Under the pieces are notes generated by a model. That model searched no databases and was not told the origin of the DNA. It worked only from the letters and a program-made list of their open reading frames with translations. The position numbers and the translations under genes are program-made. This document shows positions 18,003 to 27,949 of a DNA stretch of 64,000 nt, piece by piece. This stretch comes from a virus, in IMG/VR virus record IMGVR_UViG_3300036985_002657, positions 13,137-77,136 of that record. The stretch is one strand, 5' to 3'. The first letter of the stretch is position 1. Every line of letters starts with the position of its first letter.

Positions 18003-19921
18003 CAGCGGCTCCCTCGTCTCGGGCCGAACGGCCCACCTAGTATCCCGATCGCTGGCGGTGTGCGATGCGCTGGTGCCCACTCCGTCTCTCCGGGCGAGAG
18101 CCGTACACCCGTGATCGAGATCGGTTCAAGCGCCTGCACAGTCCCGCCCGAGTAGACCGTCACGACACGCCGCCGCCGTCGCGGGTTCGCACCCGACGTA
18201 GACGCCGCGCCTGTCGCCGTCGCAGCCTGCGGCGCAGTGCCGAAGATCGGGATAACGTAGTTCTGAAAGTCGAAGTCGATACCGATCCCGGCGTCACACG
18301 ACCATGTAAACTTGACATTCTGCACACGGAAGAACGCAGGTATCTCTTGGATCGCGCCACGACTTGTCGCCACGATGACGCGCGCTAGATTCTCGTCGCC
18401 GATGCGCGCCGCGATCAAAGCAACCTGCTCCTCGAAGCCGTTGCGAAGATGGTCCGTCAACGCGGAGATCAGCGGCGTTTGGATCGTCATGTTCGTCGTG
18501 TCCACGAGGAACTCGACACCATCGCCGGGCTTGAGTCGAAGCAGATCGGGGTCGGTGTTATCTCCACCGAAGCTCGCCAGGTTCTTCGTGCTGCACTGGC
18601 CGCCGATCTCGCGGCGTGCAATCTCCTCGTATGCGCCATGCGCAAGTTCGGTGAGCCGCTCGACACTGTTCGTGCCGGGGAAGAACAGCGGCAGGATGCT
18701 CTCCTGCGTGTCGGGCTTCGTTGCCGATGCCGTCTGCCTGCGCGCAGCCGTGTCGTCTTTGGGCGGCCATCTCCCCTCGAGCATCCTGCGATCTCCGCGC
18801 GAGTCGGAGTTCGAGTCGATCGAACGCGCCACGACAGTCTGCGGCTTAGCAAGCCCGGCCATCTTTCGGTCGAAGCTGATCGACTTGACATCGCGCCCAT
18901 ACGCGAGCCGCCGATACGCGAGCGGCGGTGTGATCGGAGTGCCCGCCTCAACATCGTGCGCGCGAACAGCCCCACCCGCGAATGGTGCCGGGTTCATGGG
19001 ATTGCCAGCGTCTTGCTGATCATAGATGGTGCGCTGCGGGCGAATCCGAAGATCGAGCCCCTGAAAGTACGGCACTGCTGCGACTAGGTAGCAGAGCCGA
19101 ACGATCATATCCCAGAAGTTGACTGTGCCGCCTGCCGATGGCGGTGTCGCTCTCCCGCCCGTGCGCCGTCCTCGAGCGCCCTGTCGGTGGCGAGGAACCG
19201 TCGCCGTCGCGCCAACTGCCGGGATGATTCCGTTCGGCCACTCCGCAGGATTGACGCGGATCACGAAATCGCTGAACAGCGGATTGACGGCGAGCAGCGT
19301 GCCGATGAGCGTGTCGATCGGGAGGCTCAAGTCCAAACCTTCCATGATGCTTGCGGCGAGCTTGGGATCGTTCGTCAACGGCGTGTCCAGTAGGATGCCG
19401 CGCATATCGCGGCCCTTGATCGACACGATAGAACTGCTGTCGTCGTGCTGGACGTTCCACTCATCCACAGTGCCGACCATCAACAGCGTGTCGGGGTTCG
19501 GCTCGTTGTCCGCAGTGCGAGTCCGCAGGATCGAAGGACGCCAGCCGTCGACTGCTGGCCCAACCATCCCTTCCGCGAAGTCATCATCGGAGATCGCCCC
19601 GAGGTGTACGTCCACGGCAGCGGCGCGAACGGTGCGTGGGTCGATCGGCAGATCACGGAAGGGCAGATCAAACGAGAACTGCCCCGCCTGTCTGTAGCCG
19701 GGCAGTTCGATGTTCGCCTTGATCGGAACTCGCCCGAGGATGAACGACGCAGTCGGATGCCCGGCAGCGTCATGCTGCGGTGCGATGAGCGGGACAGGCC
19801 CAACTGCCACGTCGGGCACACCCGTCGTGGGCAGCGGCGGGCCGAGCGTGCGAACGTGCAACGACTCGTCGAACACGAGGCGTAGGTTCACCACGCAGGA
19901 CGGGCGGTACGCGCCGCTCAT
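18002..19921 (-). CDS. Baseplate hub (gpD/gp27-like)
   Basis: LLMVGTVDEW, IKGRDMRGILLDT, LKPGDGV, FRVQNV.F.W; canonical position. Confidence 0.7.
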   Translation of the reverse strand: MSGAYRPSCVVNLRLVFDESLHVRTLGPPLPTTGVPDVAVGPVPLIAPQHDAAGHPTASFILGRVPIKANIELPGYRQAGQFSFDLPFRDLPIDPRTVRAAAVDVHLGAISDDDFAEGMVGPAVDGWRPSILRTRTADNEPNPDTLLMVGTVDEWNVQHDDSSSIVSIKGRDMRGILLDTPLTNDPKLAASIMEGLDLSLPIDTLIGTLLAVNPLFSDFVIRVNPAEWPNGIIPAVGATATVPRHRQGARGRRTGGRATPPSAGGTVNFWDMIVRLCYLVAAVPYFQGLDLRIRPQRTIYDQQDAGNPMNPAPFAGGAVRAHDVEAGTPITPPLAYRRLAYGRDVKSISFDRKMAGLAKPQTVVARSIDSNSDSRGDRRMLEGRWPPKDDTAARRQTASATKPDTQESILPLFFPGTNSVERLTELAHGAYEEIARREIGGQCSTKNLASFGGDNTDPDLLRLKPGDGVEFLVDTTNMTIQTPLISALTDHLRNGFEEQVALIAARIGDENLARVIVATSRGAIQEIPAFFRVQNVKFTWSCDAGIGIDFDFQNYVIPIFGTAPQAATATGAASTSGANPRRRRRVVTVYSGGTVQALEPISITGVRLSPGETEWAPAHRTPPAIGILGGPFGPRRGSR

Positions 19922-21075
19922 CAGAACCCTACCGAGCCTGCGTGCGGCTCACGCTGCGGGCCAGACTGCCGAGGCACCATCACTACCTGCCCGGCGGACA
20001 ACTGCGGTCCACTAAGGTCGTTGAAGATCATCAGCGGACGCCAGTCGAACGGCGAGCCGTAGTACAACTGGCTGACGGTGCGAAGATCATCACCCATCTT
20101 CGCCGTGTAGACTGCGAGCAGATCACTGTCGATCTGCTTGAGGAACTGCGCGCGGCGCGCGACAGCCACCCGCTGTAGCTTGCGCGAGTTCTGCATGATG
20201 CGGCGGAAGTACCACCCGTCGGCCAGGCGTTTCTGAAAGCTCTGGTTCGCAAGCGGCGTGACGAAATCGAACGCCCCATCGACTTGCGACGTTGCGAAAT
20301 CGATCAAGTCTTCGGCGGCTCCGATGACGCGCGTGCAGAGACTCGTGATCCGCGCGATGACTGCGAAGGGCGTGTTGACGAGCTTGACGCCAGTCGCCAC
20401 CGCACTGAGCACCTCGTTCACTAGCCCGTCGATGGTGTCGAGCAGCGAGAGCAGATCGAACTGAAACTCGGGGCTCGTCGGGATGGCGAGCTCGTTCACC
20501 GCGTCGCGCAAGTCCTCGTTCGCAGCGGAGATCGCTGACGCGGCACGACGCGGACTCTCCTGCTCGACAACGGCGGGCACGACTGCCTGCCCGCGAGAGA
20601 TCCACGAGAACCCTAGAGTCCAGTCGAGATCGTGAAAGTTCTGCCAAGACTTCTCGAACTCGGTGATATGCCCATGCCGAACCTGCTCATCCCACGTCAC
20701 TTGGAGCATCTGTCCCGCGCGCACAATGTCATCGACGATCGTCACAGCCTCGCGGACTGTCCCGATAGGAATGTCATCGAGCGTGATCGGGTAGACTGCA
20801 CCAGACGCGAGCGACTCAATGCTCGCGCCCTCCGACGAAATGAACTTGTCCTTCCACGCGCCGTGAATCGTGGTCGGTTCCTCGGTCGCGCCGAGTATGG
20901 TTGACGTGGCGATCGGATTGCCGGGATACCAGTTGATCTCAACACGCTGCTTCGTGGTGAGCGTGAACGGGCGATACGGTAGCCCGCGCCCGACAAGGCG
21001 CAGCTTGCGTTTCTGCCCCGTCGTCTCCTCGATGACGAACGCCCCGGCGGGCGCTTGCGCAGTAGTCCACGACAT
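19921..21075 (-). CDS. Tail tube initiator with C-terminal LysM
   Basis: YTAKMGDDLRTVSQLYYG...W..L...N.L....L.AGQVVMVP; directly after the tape measure. Confidence 0.78.
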   Translation of the reverse strand: MSWTTAQAPAGAFVIEETTGQKRKLRLVGRGLPYRPFTLTTKQRVEINWYPGNPIATSTILGATEEPTTIHGAWKDKFISSEGASIESLASGAVYPITLDDIPIGTVREAVTIVDDIVRAGQMLQVTWDEQVRHGHITEFEKSWQNFHDLDWTLGFSWISRGQAVVPAVVEQESPRRAASAISAANEDLRDAVNELAIPTSPEFQFDLLSLLDTIDGLVNEVLSAVATGVKLVNTPFAVIARITSLCTRVIGAAEDLIDFATSQVDGAFDFVTPLANQSFQKRLADGWYFRRIMQNSRKLQRVAVARRAQFLKQIDSDLLAVYTAKMGDDLRTVSQLYYGSPFDWRPLMIFNDLSGPQLSAGQVVMVPRQSGPQREPHAGSVGF

Positions 21076-23042
21076 CAGCGGACTCCGAATATCGGCTCGA
21101 GGCCGGATTGTAGACGACGCTCACCCAACCTACCGAGGTCGGTGGCAAAGGCTGCTGCGATGCGATCGGGATCGAAGCCTTCCTCGAACTTCTGTTGAAT
21201 CGAGAACCGGCTGTTGCGGAAGTCCTGCGTGACTCCCCCGCCACGCCCGCCAGGAGTCGGGCGCGCTGCCGCGCCCGCCGCTACGCTGTCGCCGATGGCT
21301 GCGCCGCCCGCACCTTCGAGACTCGCCGTGAAGCCGTCGAGCATGGCGCGCATCGACCGCGTTGACTCGGACTCCGGTGCGCCGCCAGCCATCCACGGTG
21401 TCATCGCAGTAGCAGCGCGCCCCAACAGGTCGCCGATGAACACCATGAACTGCCCAAGGGCATCCATGATCATTCCGAACCCGCCGATGAGCGCGTTGAT
21501 CACAGGCATGAGAAGCCGCGTTCCGATGTCATAGATCCCGAGGAACAGCCCACCGACGAGTCGAATGACAGGCGCGAGGATCGACCCGATACCGTGGACA
21601 ACCGATCCGATCCCGCGCCCAAGCATCGCCAGTCCGGGGCTGAGCGTAGACGATATGCGATCCACGATCGTCATCGCATAGGCGTAGAAGTTGAGCAGCG
21701 CGGTCGCTACCGCCGATACGCCGCCCATCAGTCCGGGCATGACACCCGAGATGAACCCGCCGAGCAGGTTGCCGAGCGATGAGAACGCGCCGACAGCCGC
21801 ACCGATGAACGAGATGAGCGGTGTCACCATCTGCGACATCTGCGCCAGCGTTGCACTCACCGCTTCGGTGTTCGTGAGAAAGTTAGCGAAACCCATCGTC
21901 AGCGGAATGAGCACCGCGCCGAGCGGCCCAAAGATGGCGAGCTCTGCTGACGCGAGCCCGCTGACCGCGACGCCTGCGCCGACGGTGCTGGCGGCGGTCC
22001 CGACAAGCCCCGCGCCGCCGTGCCGCGCAGCGAGCCCCTCACCCAGCTTGACCGCTGCGCCGCCGATTCGATCCAGCATCGCCACAACGGGGCTGTTAGC
22101 GAGCGAGTGCAGCCACGCCGTCGTGTGCGAAGTGAGCTCCTTCAACGCGGTAGCGATCGACTCGAGCGCCCCGCCGAGCACCGTCCCGATAGTCCCACCG
22201 ATGTTGATCAGCGTCGTCGAGAACGTGGTCAGGTTGCCGTCCGCGTCAGCGAACAACGAGTTCACGGTGTTGAGCGCGTTGCGCACACCGTCGAATATCT
22301 TGGCGGTCGAGAGGCGGGAAATCTTCGCTACGATGGACGCGAACGCGCCCGAGACTGCCGACCATGTATTCGACGATGCGTGGATCATATCGCCGTACTG
22401 ACCGACGAGTGCCTGCATGATCTCGACACGTTTCTCGAGCTTCATCTTGTTGAATGTGTCGGCAGTCACAGACGACAGCCCCGGCAACTGCTTCATCGAG
22501 TTCAACAGTTGCATCGTGTAGTCGTTGCCCATCTCGAGCATACCGCGCTGCGTGTTGACAGCGCGCGTGAGCTGTTGCGCCGTCTCCATGCTGTTGCGCC
22601 CGAGCGACGCACCGATTGCGGTCATGTTCTTGATCAGGTCGAACGACACCCGGTAACTGCCCGTCGCGCGCATCACGTCCGCGCCCGCCATCTGCAACGA
22701 AGTCTGATAGTCCTCGGCTTCACCAGGCAACGCGGCGGCAGCGGTGTTGATCGCGTCCATCGTTGCGTCGGCGGACTGAAGTGCCTCGTTGAAGTTCGCG
22801 CCTCCGCGCCCCATGAACCTCATGGTCTGCGCCATCTGGATACGCAGGTCTTCGTACTTCGATCCAGTCTGAACGATGCCCGCGAGCGCGCCGCCTGCTC
22901 CGATAGCAGTCATCGCCAGCGCCATCGGATTGATCATGCTGGTGAGTCTCCCAACCACGCCAGTCATGCCCGAGAAGGCAGAGGCGAGTTGAGAGACTCC
23001 CTGTTCGGAGAACTTGTACTTGACTTCCTCTTGAATCGCCAT
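21075..23042 (-). CDS. Tape measure protein
   Basis: 655 aa Ala/Gly/Met-rich amphipathic helices, located after the tail chaperones. Confidence 0.85.
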   Translation of the reverse strand: MAIQEEVKYKFSEQGVSQLASAFSGMTGVVGRLTSMINPMALAMTAIGAGGALAGIVQTGSKYEDLRIQMAQTMRFMGRGGANFNEALQSADATMDAINTAAAALPGEAEDYQTSLQMAGADVMRATGSYRVSFDLIKNMTAIGASLGRNSMETAQQLTRAVNTQRGMLEMGNDYTMQLLNSMKQLPGLSSVTADTFNKMKLEKRVEIMQALVGQYGDMIHASSNTWSAVSGAFASIVAKISRLSTAKIFDGVRNALNTVNSLFADADGNLTTFSTTLINIGGTIGTVLGGALESIATALKELTSHTTAWLHSLANSPVVAMLDRIGGAAVKLGEGLAARHGGAGLVGTAASTVGAGVAVSGLASAELAIFGPLGAVLIPLTMGFANFLTNTEAVSATLAQMSQMVTPLISFIGAAVGAFSSLGNLLGGFISGVMPGLMGGVSAVATALLNFYAYAMTIVDRISSTLSPGLAMLGRGIGSVVHGIGSILAPVIRLVGGLFLGIYDIGTRLLMPVINALIGGFGMIMDALGQFMVFIGDLLGRAATAMTPWMAGGAPESESTRSMRAMLDGFTASLEGAGGAAIGDSVAAGAAARPTPGGRGGGVTQDFRNSRFSIQQKFEEGFDPDRIAAAFATDLGRLGERRLQSGLEPIFGVR

Positions 23043-23045
23043 CGG

Positions 23046-23296
23046 TCAGATCCCGTCCGTCTCTTGTCGAGAGCGCATCGCGTCGCTCTCGTCTTGGATC
23101 AGTTGGCCGACTTGCTCCGCGAGCGTGACGGCGTCGGAGATCGGCAGGCGCATCACTACGTCTGCGGGCTGGTGTCCGTACCTTCCGAGAAAGGCCACGA
23201 GCTTGAGAAGCTGCTGCCGATGATCACCTACGTTGCCGAGCGCGACAGCGAGGTGTCCGAAGGTCAGCCGACTCGAGCTTCGTGGCTCTCCAGAAA
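23046..23296 (-). CDS. Tail assembly chaperone extension (gpT-like), probably made by -1 frameshift
   Basis: Open in the -1 frame across the end of the upstream gene; no good start of its own; fills the gap to the tape measure. Confidence 0.55.
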
Positions 23297-23641
23297 AGCA
23301 GCGTCCTCGTCTCCTTGCGGCTGATGCAGCAGGCCGTACCCGCGCATCACCAGTTGGCGGACCTTCGGGTGCAGAGTCGCCCACACACGGTCAGCGGACC
23401 CGTCGGCGGTGCGGACAACCTGCCCATCGACCAGTCGGAGACATTCCTTGCTGTACTCGTAGGCGAGGCGCACGGCGTCTCCGCGTGCGCGCTTCGTTGC
23501 GAGTAGCTCCTCCTCCATCGTGAGTTCGACGAGCCCGATCTCCTTGACTCCGTGCGCGGCGATGGCCTCGGGAATCTTGAAGATATGCACGACGCGATCT
23601 CGGAGCTTTGCAGCCCGCTCTGCCATCTGTTCTGCGATCAT
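23264..23641 (-). CDS. Tail assembly chaperone (gpG-like)
   Basis: 125 aa between tube and tape measure; GGAGG RBS. Confidence 0.7.
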   Translation of the reverse strand: MIAEQMAERAAKLRDRVVHIFKIPEAIAAHGVKEIGLVELTMEEELLATKRARGDAVRLAYEYSKECLRLVDGQVVRTADGSADRVWATLHPKVRQLVMRGYGLLHQPQGDEDAAFLESHEARVG

Positions 23642-23676
23642 GGTGTCCCTCCTTCTGATGTTGACCTAGCCTGCGA

Positions 23677-24108
23677 TCAGGCGAGGATGCTGGCTTCCAT
23701 CGCCTCGAAAGAAATCGAGACAGAGCCGTAGTCCGACCGACTGCCGAAGTTGAGCGGAAGCTCCCCGAACTCCACGTCGGGAATGAGCACGCGCGGGCGG
23801 TCGCCGTTCGGGAAGTTCAGCGTCGCTTTGATGTTGACCTGCGTTCCCGGCGTGCGGCGTCGCGCCTTGTCGATCACGGCCTGATAGAACGTGAAGAACT
23901 CTGCCGTCTCGACGTGCGCCTCGAAGCTCCCGCTGACTCCCGAGAAGATCGAGTCACGACGGTCGCTCGTCTCGCCGAGATAGCCCTCAGTCTTGATCTC
24001 TTGCTTGAAAGCGATCTGAAAACTCTTGATGTCGAACAGCGATGTCTGCGGCACACCGTCGACAACGATGAGCACTTCGACTTCCTGACCTTTGATCCGT
24101 TGGGCCAC
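23677..24108 (-). CDS. Tail tube protein
   Basis: 143 aa beta-rich protein directly after the sheath; GGAGG RBS before GTG. Confidence 0.8.
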   Translation of the reverse strand: MAQRIKGQEVEVLIVVDGVPQTSLFDIKSFQIAFKQEIKTEGYLGETSDRRDSIFSGVSGSFEAHVETAEFFTFYQAVIDKARRRTPGTQVNIKATLNFPNGDRPRVLIPDVEFGELPLNFGSRSDYGSVSISFEAMEASILA

Positions 24109-24119
24109 TGTTACCTCCG

Positions 24120-24252
24120 AAAGAAGAAAGGTCCGCGACAGGCAAGCCGTAGCTCGCTGCGCGGACCCTATCCCTCCCCGACGGGAGGTGCGGTCGCTTG
24201 AGCGAGGCGGCTCGCTCGTGAGTCAGAACTCTACCGCAGACTCCCCACCGCT
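24120..24252 (-). promoter_or_regulatory. Structured intercistronic RNA ending in a terminator-like hairpin (sheath to tube)
   Basis: Stems GAGTC/GACTC, GAGCGAG/CTCGCTC and CTCCC/GGGAG, then GGTCCGCG...c(TACG)g...CGCGGACC followed by TTTCTTCTTT. Confidence 0.6.
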
Positions 24253-26313
24253 TCAAGCAGTGGTGACTACGCCCTCACCGATCTCACTCTGCACCACGAT
24301 GAAATCCGCAGTCGGCGTCGTGCGAACGCGCGTGATGATCACGAAGATCCCTTGCGCTTCCATCTCCGGCGTGTTCCCGCCCTTGTCATCGATCTGGTAA
24401 TCGGTGATGCGCTGCGCAGCGGGATTGTTCGTCGACAGCAGGCTCGAGAGGAACGCGTCCGTCTCACCCACAGCGCCGTCCTTCAGTTGATTCGTCAGCG
24501 GCAGCTTCGAGAACTGCACGAGTCGCTGCGCGAGACTGTCCTCGATGAAATCCGCCATCCGGCGACGATTGATGTTCTTCTCCCCGCTAATGAGCGAGGT
24601 CGTCACTCCCGACTGAATGATCGGGCCAGCGGTGCGGTCCATGCGAATCGCGGCGACACCCTGCCTGCGCAGCGCGGTGTACTCGTTGATCCCGAGCCCC
24701 GACACGCCGCGCTGGAACCCGAGGATCGGCGCGAAGACCGACGGCACGGGCGACGCCGCCTGCCCAGGATTGCGCTCGGGCGCAAGGTTCGAGAGCAGAC
24801 TCGCCAGCCAGTGATCCATGCTGTCGTCGAGTAGACCGTCAGCAGTGAACGTGCCGAGCGCAGTGCCGAGCAGGAACCCGACAGCTTCGGGAACCGAGTG
24901 CTGCACACCCGGCCAGGAGTAGAACACGCGCTCGTTGCGCTGCGCGCCGACACCGGGCGTCGTGCTGCCGATGATCGTGCTGAACGTCGTCGCATCGAGA
25001 TTCGGCGCGATGACTGCGATTCGGCCCGACCCAACTTCCGACGCAGCGAGAACGTGCGACTTCAGCTTGGCGCGGATCGTCGCGCTCTTGCGCGCGGCGA
25101 CCATGATATTGATGTCACGAACCGGATCATCTTCGCTGATACAGGCGTCGATGGCGGCGGCGTACAGGGCGTCGATGGTGGCGTCGCTGGCCTTGTTGAC
25201 CCCTTGGATCAACGTCGCGTAGTTCGTGGCGACCGTCGGGTGCGTCTGTCCTGCGAGGCCAGAGAGCGCACCGCACGAGTCGCCGGTCACGGCAGCCGGA
25301 ACGACGGCGGGCGCGAGCAGCGTGCGCGCGGTGTACGTCCCATCGACCTGCGTGCCAGTCGCGCTCGTGATCGGGCGAAGCGGGACAACTGCGCCGCCCG
25401 CGTCTGCGCCAGCGTAGCCGCCAGGAACCGAACTCCCGATGACGCGCTCAGGCGCAGAGTCCGCGTCCGTCGAATGGTGCAGACGCCACGGCACAGTGCC
25501 CGCCGCCGCAACCCAGATGAACGAAGCACCGTCGAGGCGCTCGAGACTGATCGTGGTTCCCGCGCCCGGCGTGGTGGCGACACGGTACGTTCCGCCGCCG
25601 AGTGAGGTCGTCGGAAGCGGCTGCACGGCTCCGGCGTTGTTATTGCCGAGCACGAGGATGTCGCCCTTGCGCGCGCCAAGCGTGCCGTCACCACGGTCGA
25701 TCAACGACCAGTCGGCAAGCCCCGTGAAGTTCTGGACTACGGCGCCTGCGGCGATTGCGATCGTGCCGCCGACACCAGTCGTGATCGGCTCGCGCGCCGT
25801 GAACTCCACGCGGGCTGCGTTGCGCACGCGGCCTACGCCGCTGCGGAACTCGCGGCCAGCGGCGACCGTCCCACCCTGGACAGGCACGACGGGGTTCGTG
25901 TTCGTCTGCGAGGTGCAGAGCGGGAGTTCCCGCCAGCACCGCCAGCCCTGCGGACTGGCGAGATTGACAGGGGCCACGACAAGGCGGCTGAACTTCTTGT
26001 TGCGCAGCGCAGCGAACCCGTTGCCGAGATCGCCACCGAACTCGCCGATCGTTTCGTCGAATCCGCCGACCTTGTTGATCATATCCTGCGCAGAGAAGAC
26101 TTCGACGGGGCGGATCTTGGCCGTGATGTCGCCAGTGGTCCCGACCGTGGTTGCGAAGGTGCAGTTGGCGAACTCACCCACCATGCACACCACGCCCGAC
26201 CCGACACCCTGGATCGATCCAGGCGGCGGCATATCCACGAGGACGACACCCTCGATCTGCGTGACGACTTCGGTGCCGGGAAATGAACCGTACCGACGAA
26301 TGAATCCAGCCAT
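24253..26313 (-). CDS. Contractile tail sheath protein
   Basis: 686 aa; PG...IEGV N-terminus, C-terminal GVTT...KNINRRRMADFI, NTPE, P.ADFI. Confidence 0.9.
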   Translation of the reverse strand: MAGFIRRYGSFPGTEVVTQIEGVVLVDMPPPGSIQGVGSGVVCMVGEFANCTFATTVGTTGDITAKIRPVEVFSAQDMINKVGGFDETIGEFGGDLGNGFAALRNKKFSRLVVAPVNLASPQGWRCWRELPLCTSQTNTNPVVPVQGGTVAAGREFRSGVGRVRNAARVEFTAREPITTGVGGTIAIAAGAVVQNFTGLADWSLIDRGDGTLGARKGDILVLGNNNAGAVQPLPTTSLGGGTYRVATTPGAGTTISLERLDGASFIWVAAAGTVPWRLHHSTDADSAPERVIGSSVPGGYAGADAGGAVVPLRPITSATGTQVDGTYTARTLLAPAVVPAAVTGDSCGALSGLAGQTHPTVATNYATLIQGVNKASDATIDALYAAAIDACISEDDPVRDINIMVAARKSATIRAKLKSHVLAASEVGSGRIAVIAPNLDATTFSTIIGSTTPGVGAQRNERVFYSWPGVQHSVPEAVGFLLGTALGTFTADGLLDDSMDHWLASLLSNLAPERNPGQAASPVPSVFAPILGFQRGVSGLGINEYTALRRQGVAAIRMDRTAGPIIQSGVTTSLISGEKNINRRRMADFIEDSLAQRLVQFSKLPLTNQLKDGAVGETDAFLSSLLSTNNPAAQRITDYQIDDKGGNTPEMEAQGIFVIITRVRTTPTADFIVVQSEIGEGVVTTA

Positions 26314-26381
26314 GTCTCGTCTCCTAAATGCAGGCCGATGCTACACCATCGAATCTGTTGAAGCCACGGTCCTGCTAGGCG

Positions 26382-26750
26382 TCAGGCGACGCCGACTTCG
26401 CCCTCACCTTGGATCGACAGCGACGTGAGCGCGCTCGCGCCGCCGACGAGGAAATCCGCCGCGTCGAGGCGCAGCGAGCCGTACCAATCGACGTAGCTGT
26501 TCGCGGGCACGCTGAGCGCCTGTCCGATGACTTCGGTGCCCGCCACGTTGCCGCCGGTCGCGCCGAGCCAGAACGAACACGTCACTGCGCCTGCCGTCTT
26601 GTTCACGACGCGGATATGCCGCAGCAAGATGTACTGCGAAGCCGTGCCTGCGTTGACACCGCCCGATCCGACCGCCGGATTGAGAATGTTCGTCGTGAGC
26701 GTGTTCGTGAGCGCGACGGGACCGAAACGGAAAGCCTTGTTACTCGGCAT
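26382..26750 (-). CDS. Virion structural protein (beta-sandwich)
   Basis: 122 aa, LRHIRVVN, SVPANS, L.L.AAD.L.G.AS. Confidence 0.55.
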   Translation of the reverse strand: MPSNKAFRFGPVALTNTLTTNILNPAVGSGGVNAGTASQYILLRHIRVVNKTAGAVTCSFWLGATGGNVAGTEVIGQALSVPANSYVDWYGSLRLDAADFLVGGASALTSLSIQGEGEVGVA

Positions 26751-26774
26751 GGTGAACTCCTATGATGAGACAGA

Positions 26775-27431
26775 TCAGTACGAAGTGACTTCGGCCCAGG
26801 TGAACGAAGCGCCCGTCTGCCAGGTGCCGGTGGCAGGAACCGTAGCACGCATCGCCACACCTTCGTTCTGCGCTGCGACGAAGGGCATCAGCGGTCCTAT
26901 GTCCTCACCGAGTAGGATCGTCGGATTGAGATACTGGACGCTGACGAGGATACCGAACGACAGGCTGATGATGGCGATCGGGTCGGTGTCGAGCGTCTTC
27001 GTACCTGCGCCGAGCGCGGCAGTCGTGATGAACCGAGCGTCGGTAAGCAGCATCGTGCCCATCGAAGTTCGCATCTTGCCGTTGTTGCCGGTCAGTGTGC
27101 CTGCGGTGCCGCCCGTGCCCGATGCGCTGAACGAACGCGCAGGAACGAGATCGATCTTCCCGAATCCCGCCGCGAACGCGGTCGCCGAGCCGGAAACGCC
27201 ATCGATCGTGATCTTCTGAAGAACACCGAGGCGAGTCGCGTCACCCCAGCGCCACTGGCCGATCTCCGAGCCTGCGGCCAAGCCCGCCGCGATGGTGCCT
27301 GAGAGAAACGACTTCTTGTAAATGCCAAGCGCGCCGTACTCGAGAGGCTTCTGCGAAACGGTGAGCGCGCGGAAGCCGGTGCCACCGACCTCGGCCACGA
27401 CGCCGCTGAATCCCTGAACTTGAATCGCCAT
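26775..27431 (-). CDS. Hypothetical virion protein
   Basis: 218 aa Gly/Ala/Thr-rich in the neck/fibre cluster. Confidence 0.55.
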   Translation of the reverse strand: MAIQVQGFSGVVAEVGGTGFRALTVSQKPLEYGALGIYKKSFLSGTIAAGLAAGSEIGQWRWGDATRLGVLQKITIDGVSGSATAFAAGFGKIDLVPARSFSASGTGGTAGTLTGNNGKMRTSMGTMLLTDARFITTAALGAGTKTLDTDPIAIISLSFGILVSVQYLNPTILLGEDIGPLMPFVAAQNEGVAMRATVPATGTWQTGASFTWAEVTSY

Positions 27432-27434
27432 CGC

Positions 27435-27695
27435 TCACCCACCCTTCATCTGCGCGGCGATCATCGCAGCGAGGCGTGCAAGCGTGGTGTCGTCGAGCGT
27501 GGACAAGTTGACCTCGGGAGTAGTTACGGGCGCGGCAGGAGTCACCCGCTCGTCGGCCCCGTCCCAGAGCGTGTGAAGTCCATCGATGCCGGGCTCGCGG
27601 CACTCGGCGTGCGGATAGCTGCCATCAGCGATCACGCGAGCTTGCTCGGCGTGAACAGCGTCCCGATCTGCGCTTGCGAATATCTGAGTCGCCAT
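27435..27695 (-). CDS. Hypothetical protein
   Basis: Co-oriented ORF filling the gap. Confidence 0.45.
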   Translation of the reverse strand: MATQIFASADRDAVHAEQARVIADGSYPHAECREPGIDGLHTLWDGADERVTPAAPVTTPEVNLSTLDDTTLARLAAMIAAQMKGG

Positions 27696-27700
27696 CTCGA

Positions 27701-27949
27701 TCACACTCCCATCAGCACAGCGCGGCGAAGGTAGGATGCCAACTTCTGCGCGTCACCGAAGTCCATGTCGAGCCGGAGCTTCGACAGCCCGCCCGCCATC
27801 GCGCGGTTGATCTCAGACTCCATCGCCTGCGCGAGCTCGAGCGCCGCGAAATAGTCGAGCTTCGCGCCATCGGGCATCGGCGGAACCTGCCCGCCTGTGC
27901 GCGCCAGTTGCCGTTCGAGTCCCGCCTTGTGATCGAGTTGTGAAGTCAT
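27701..27949 (-). CDS. Hypothetical protein
   Basis: ATG overlaps the collagen gene stop (ATGA). Confidence 0.5.
   Translation of the reverse strand: MTSQLDHKAGLERQLARTGGQVPPMPDGAKLDYFAALELAQAMESEINRAMAGGLSKLRLDMDFGDAQKLASYLRRAVLMGV

Noticed and set aside
24120-24252. preQ1 riboswitch
   Set aside because: Tempting given the que genes, but the class I conserved loop and A-rich tail are absent and the downstream gene is tail tube
10115-26313. Tailocin/eCIS/T6SS locus
   Set aside because: Contiguous with terminase, portal, scaffold, MCP and neck genes, so it is a phage tail
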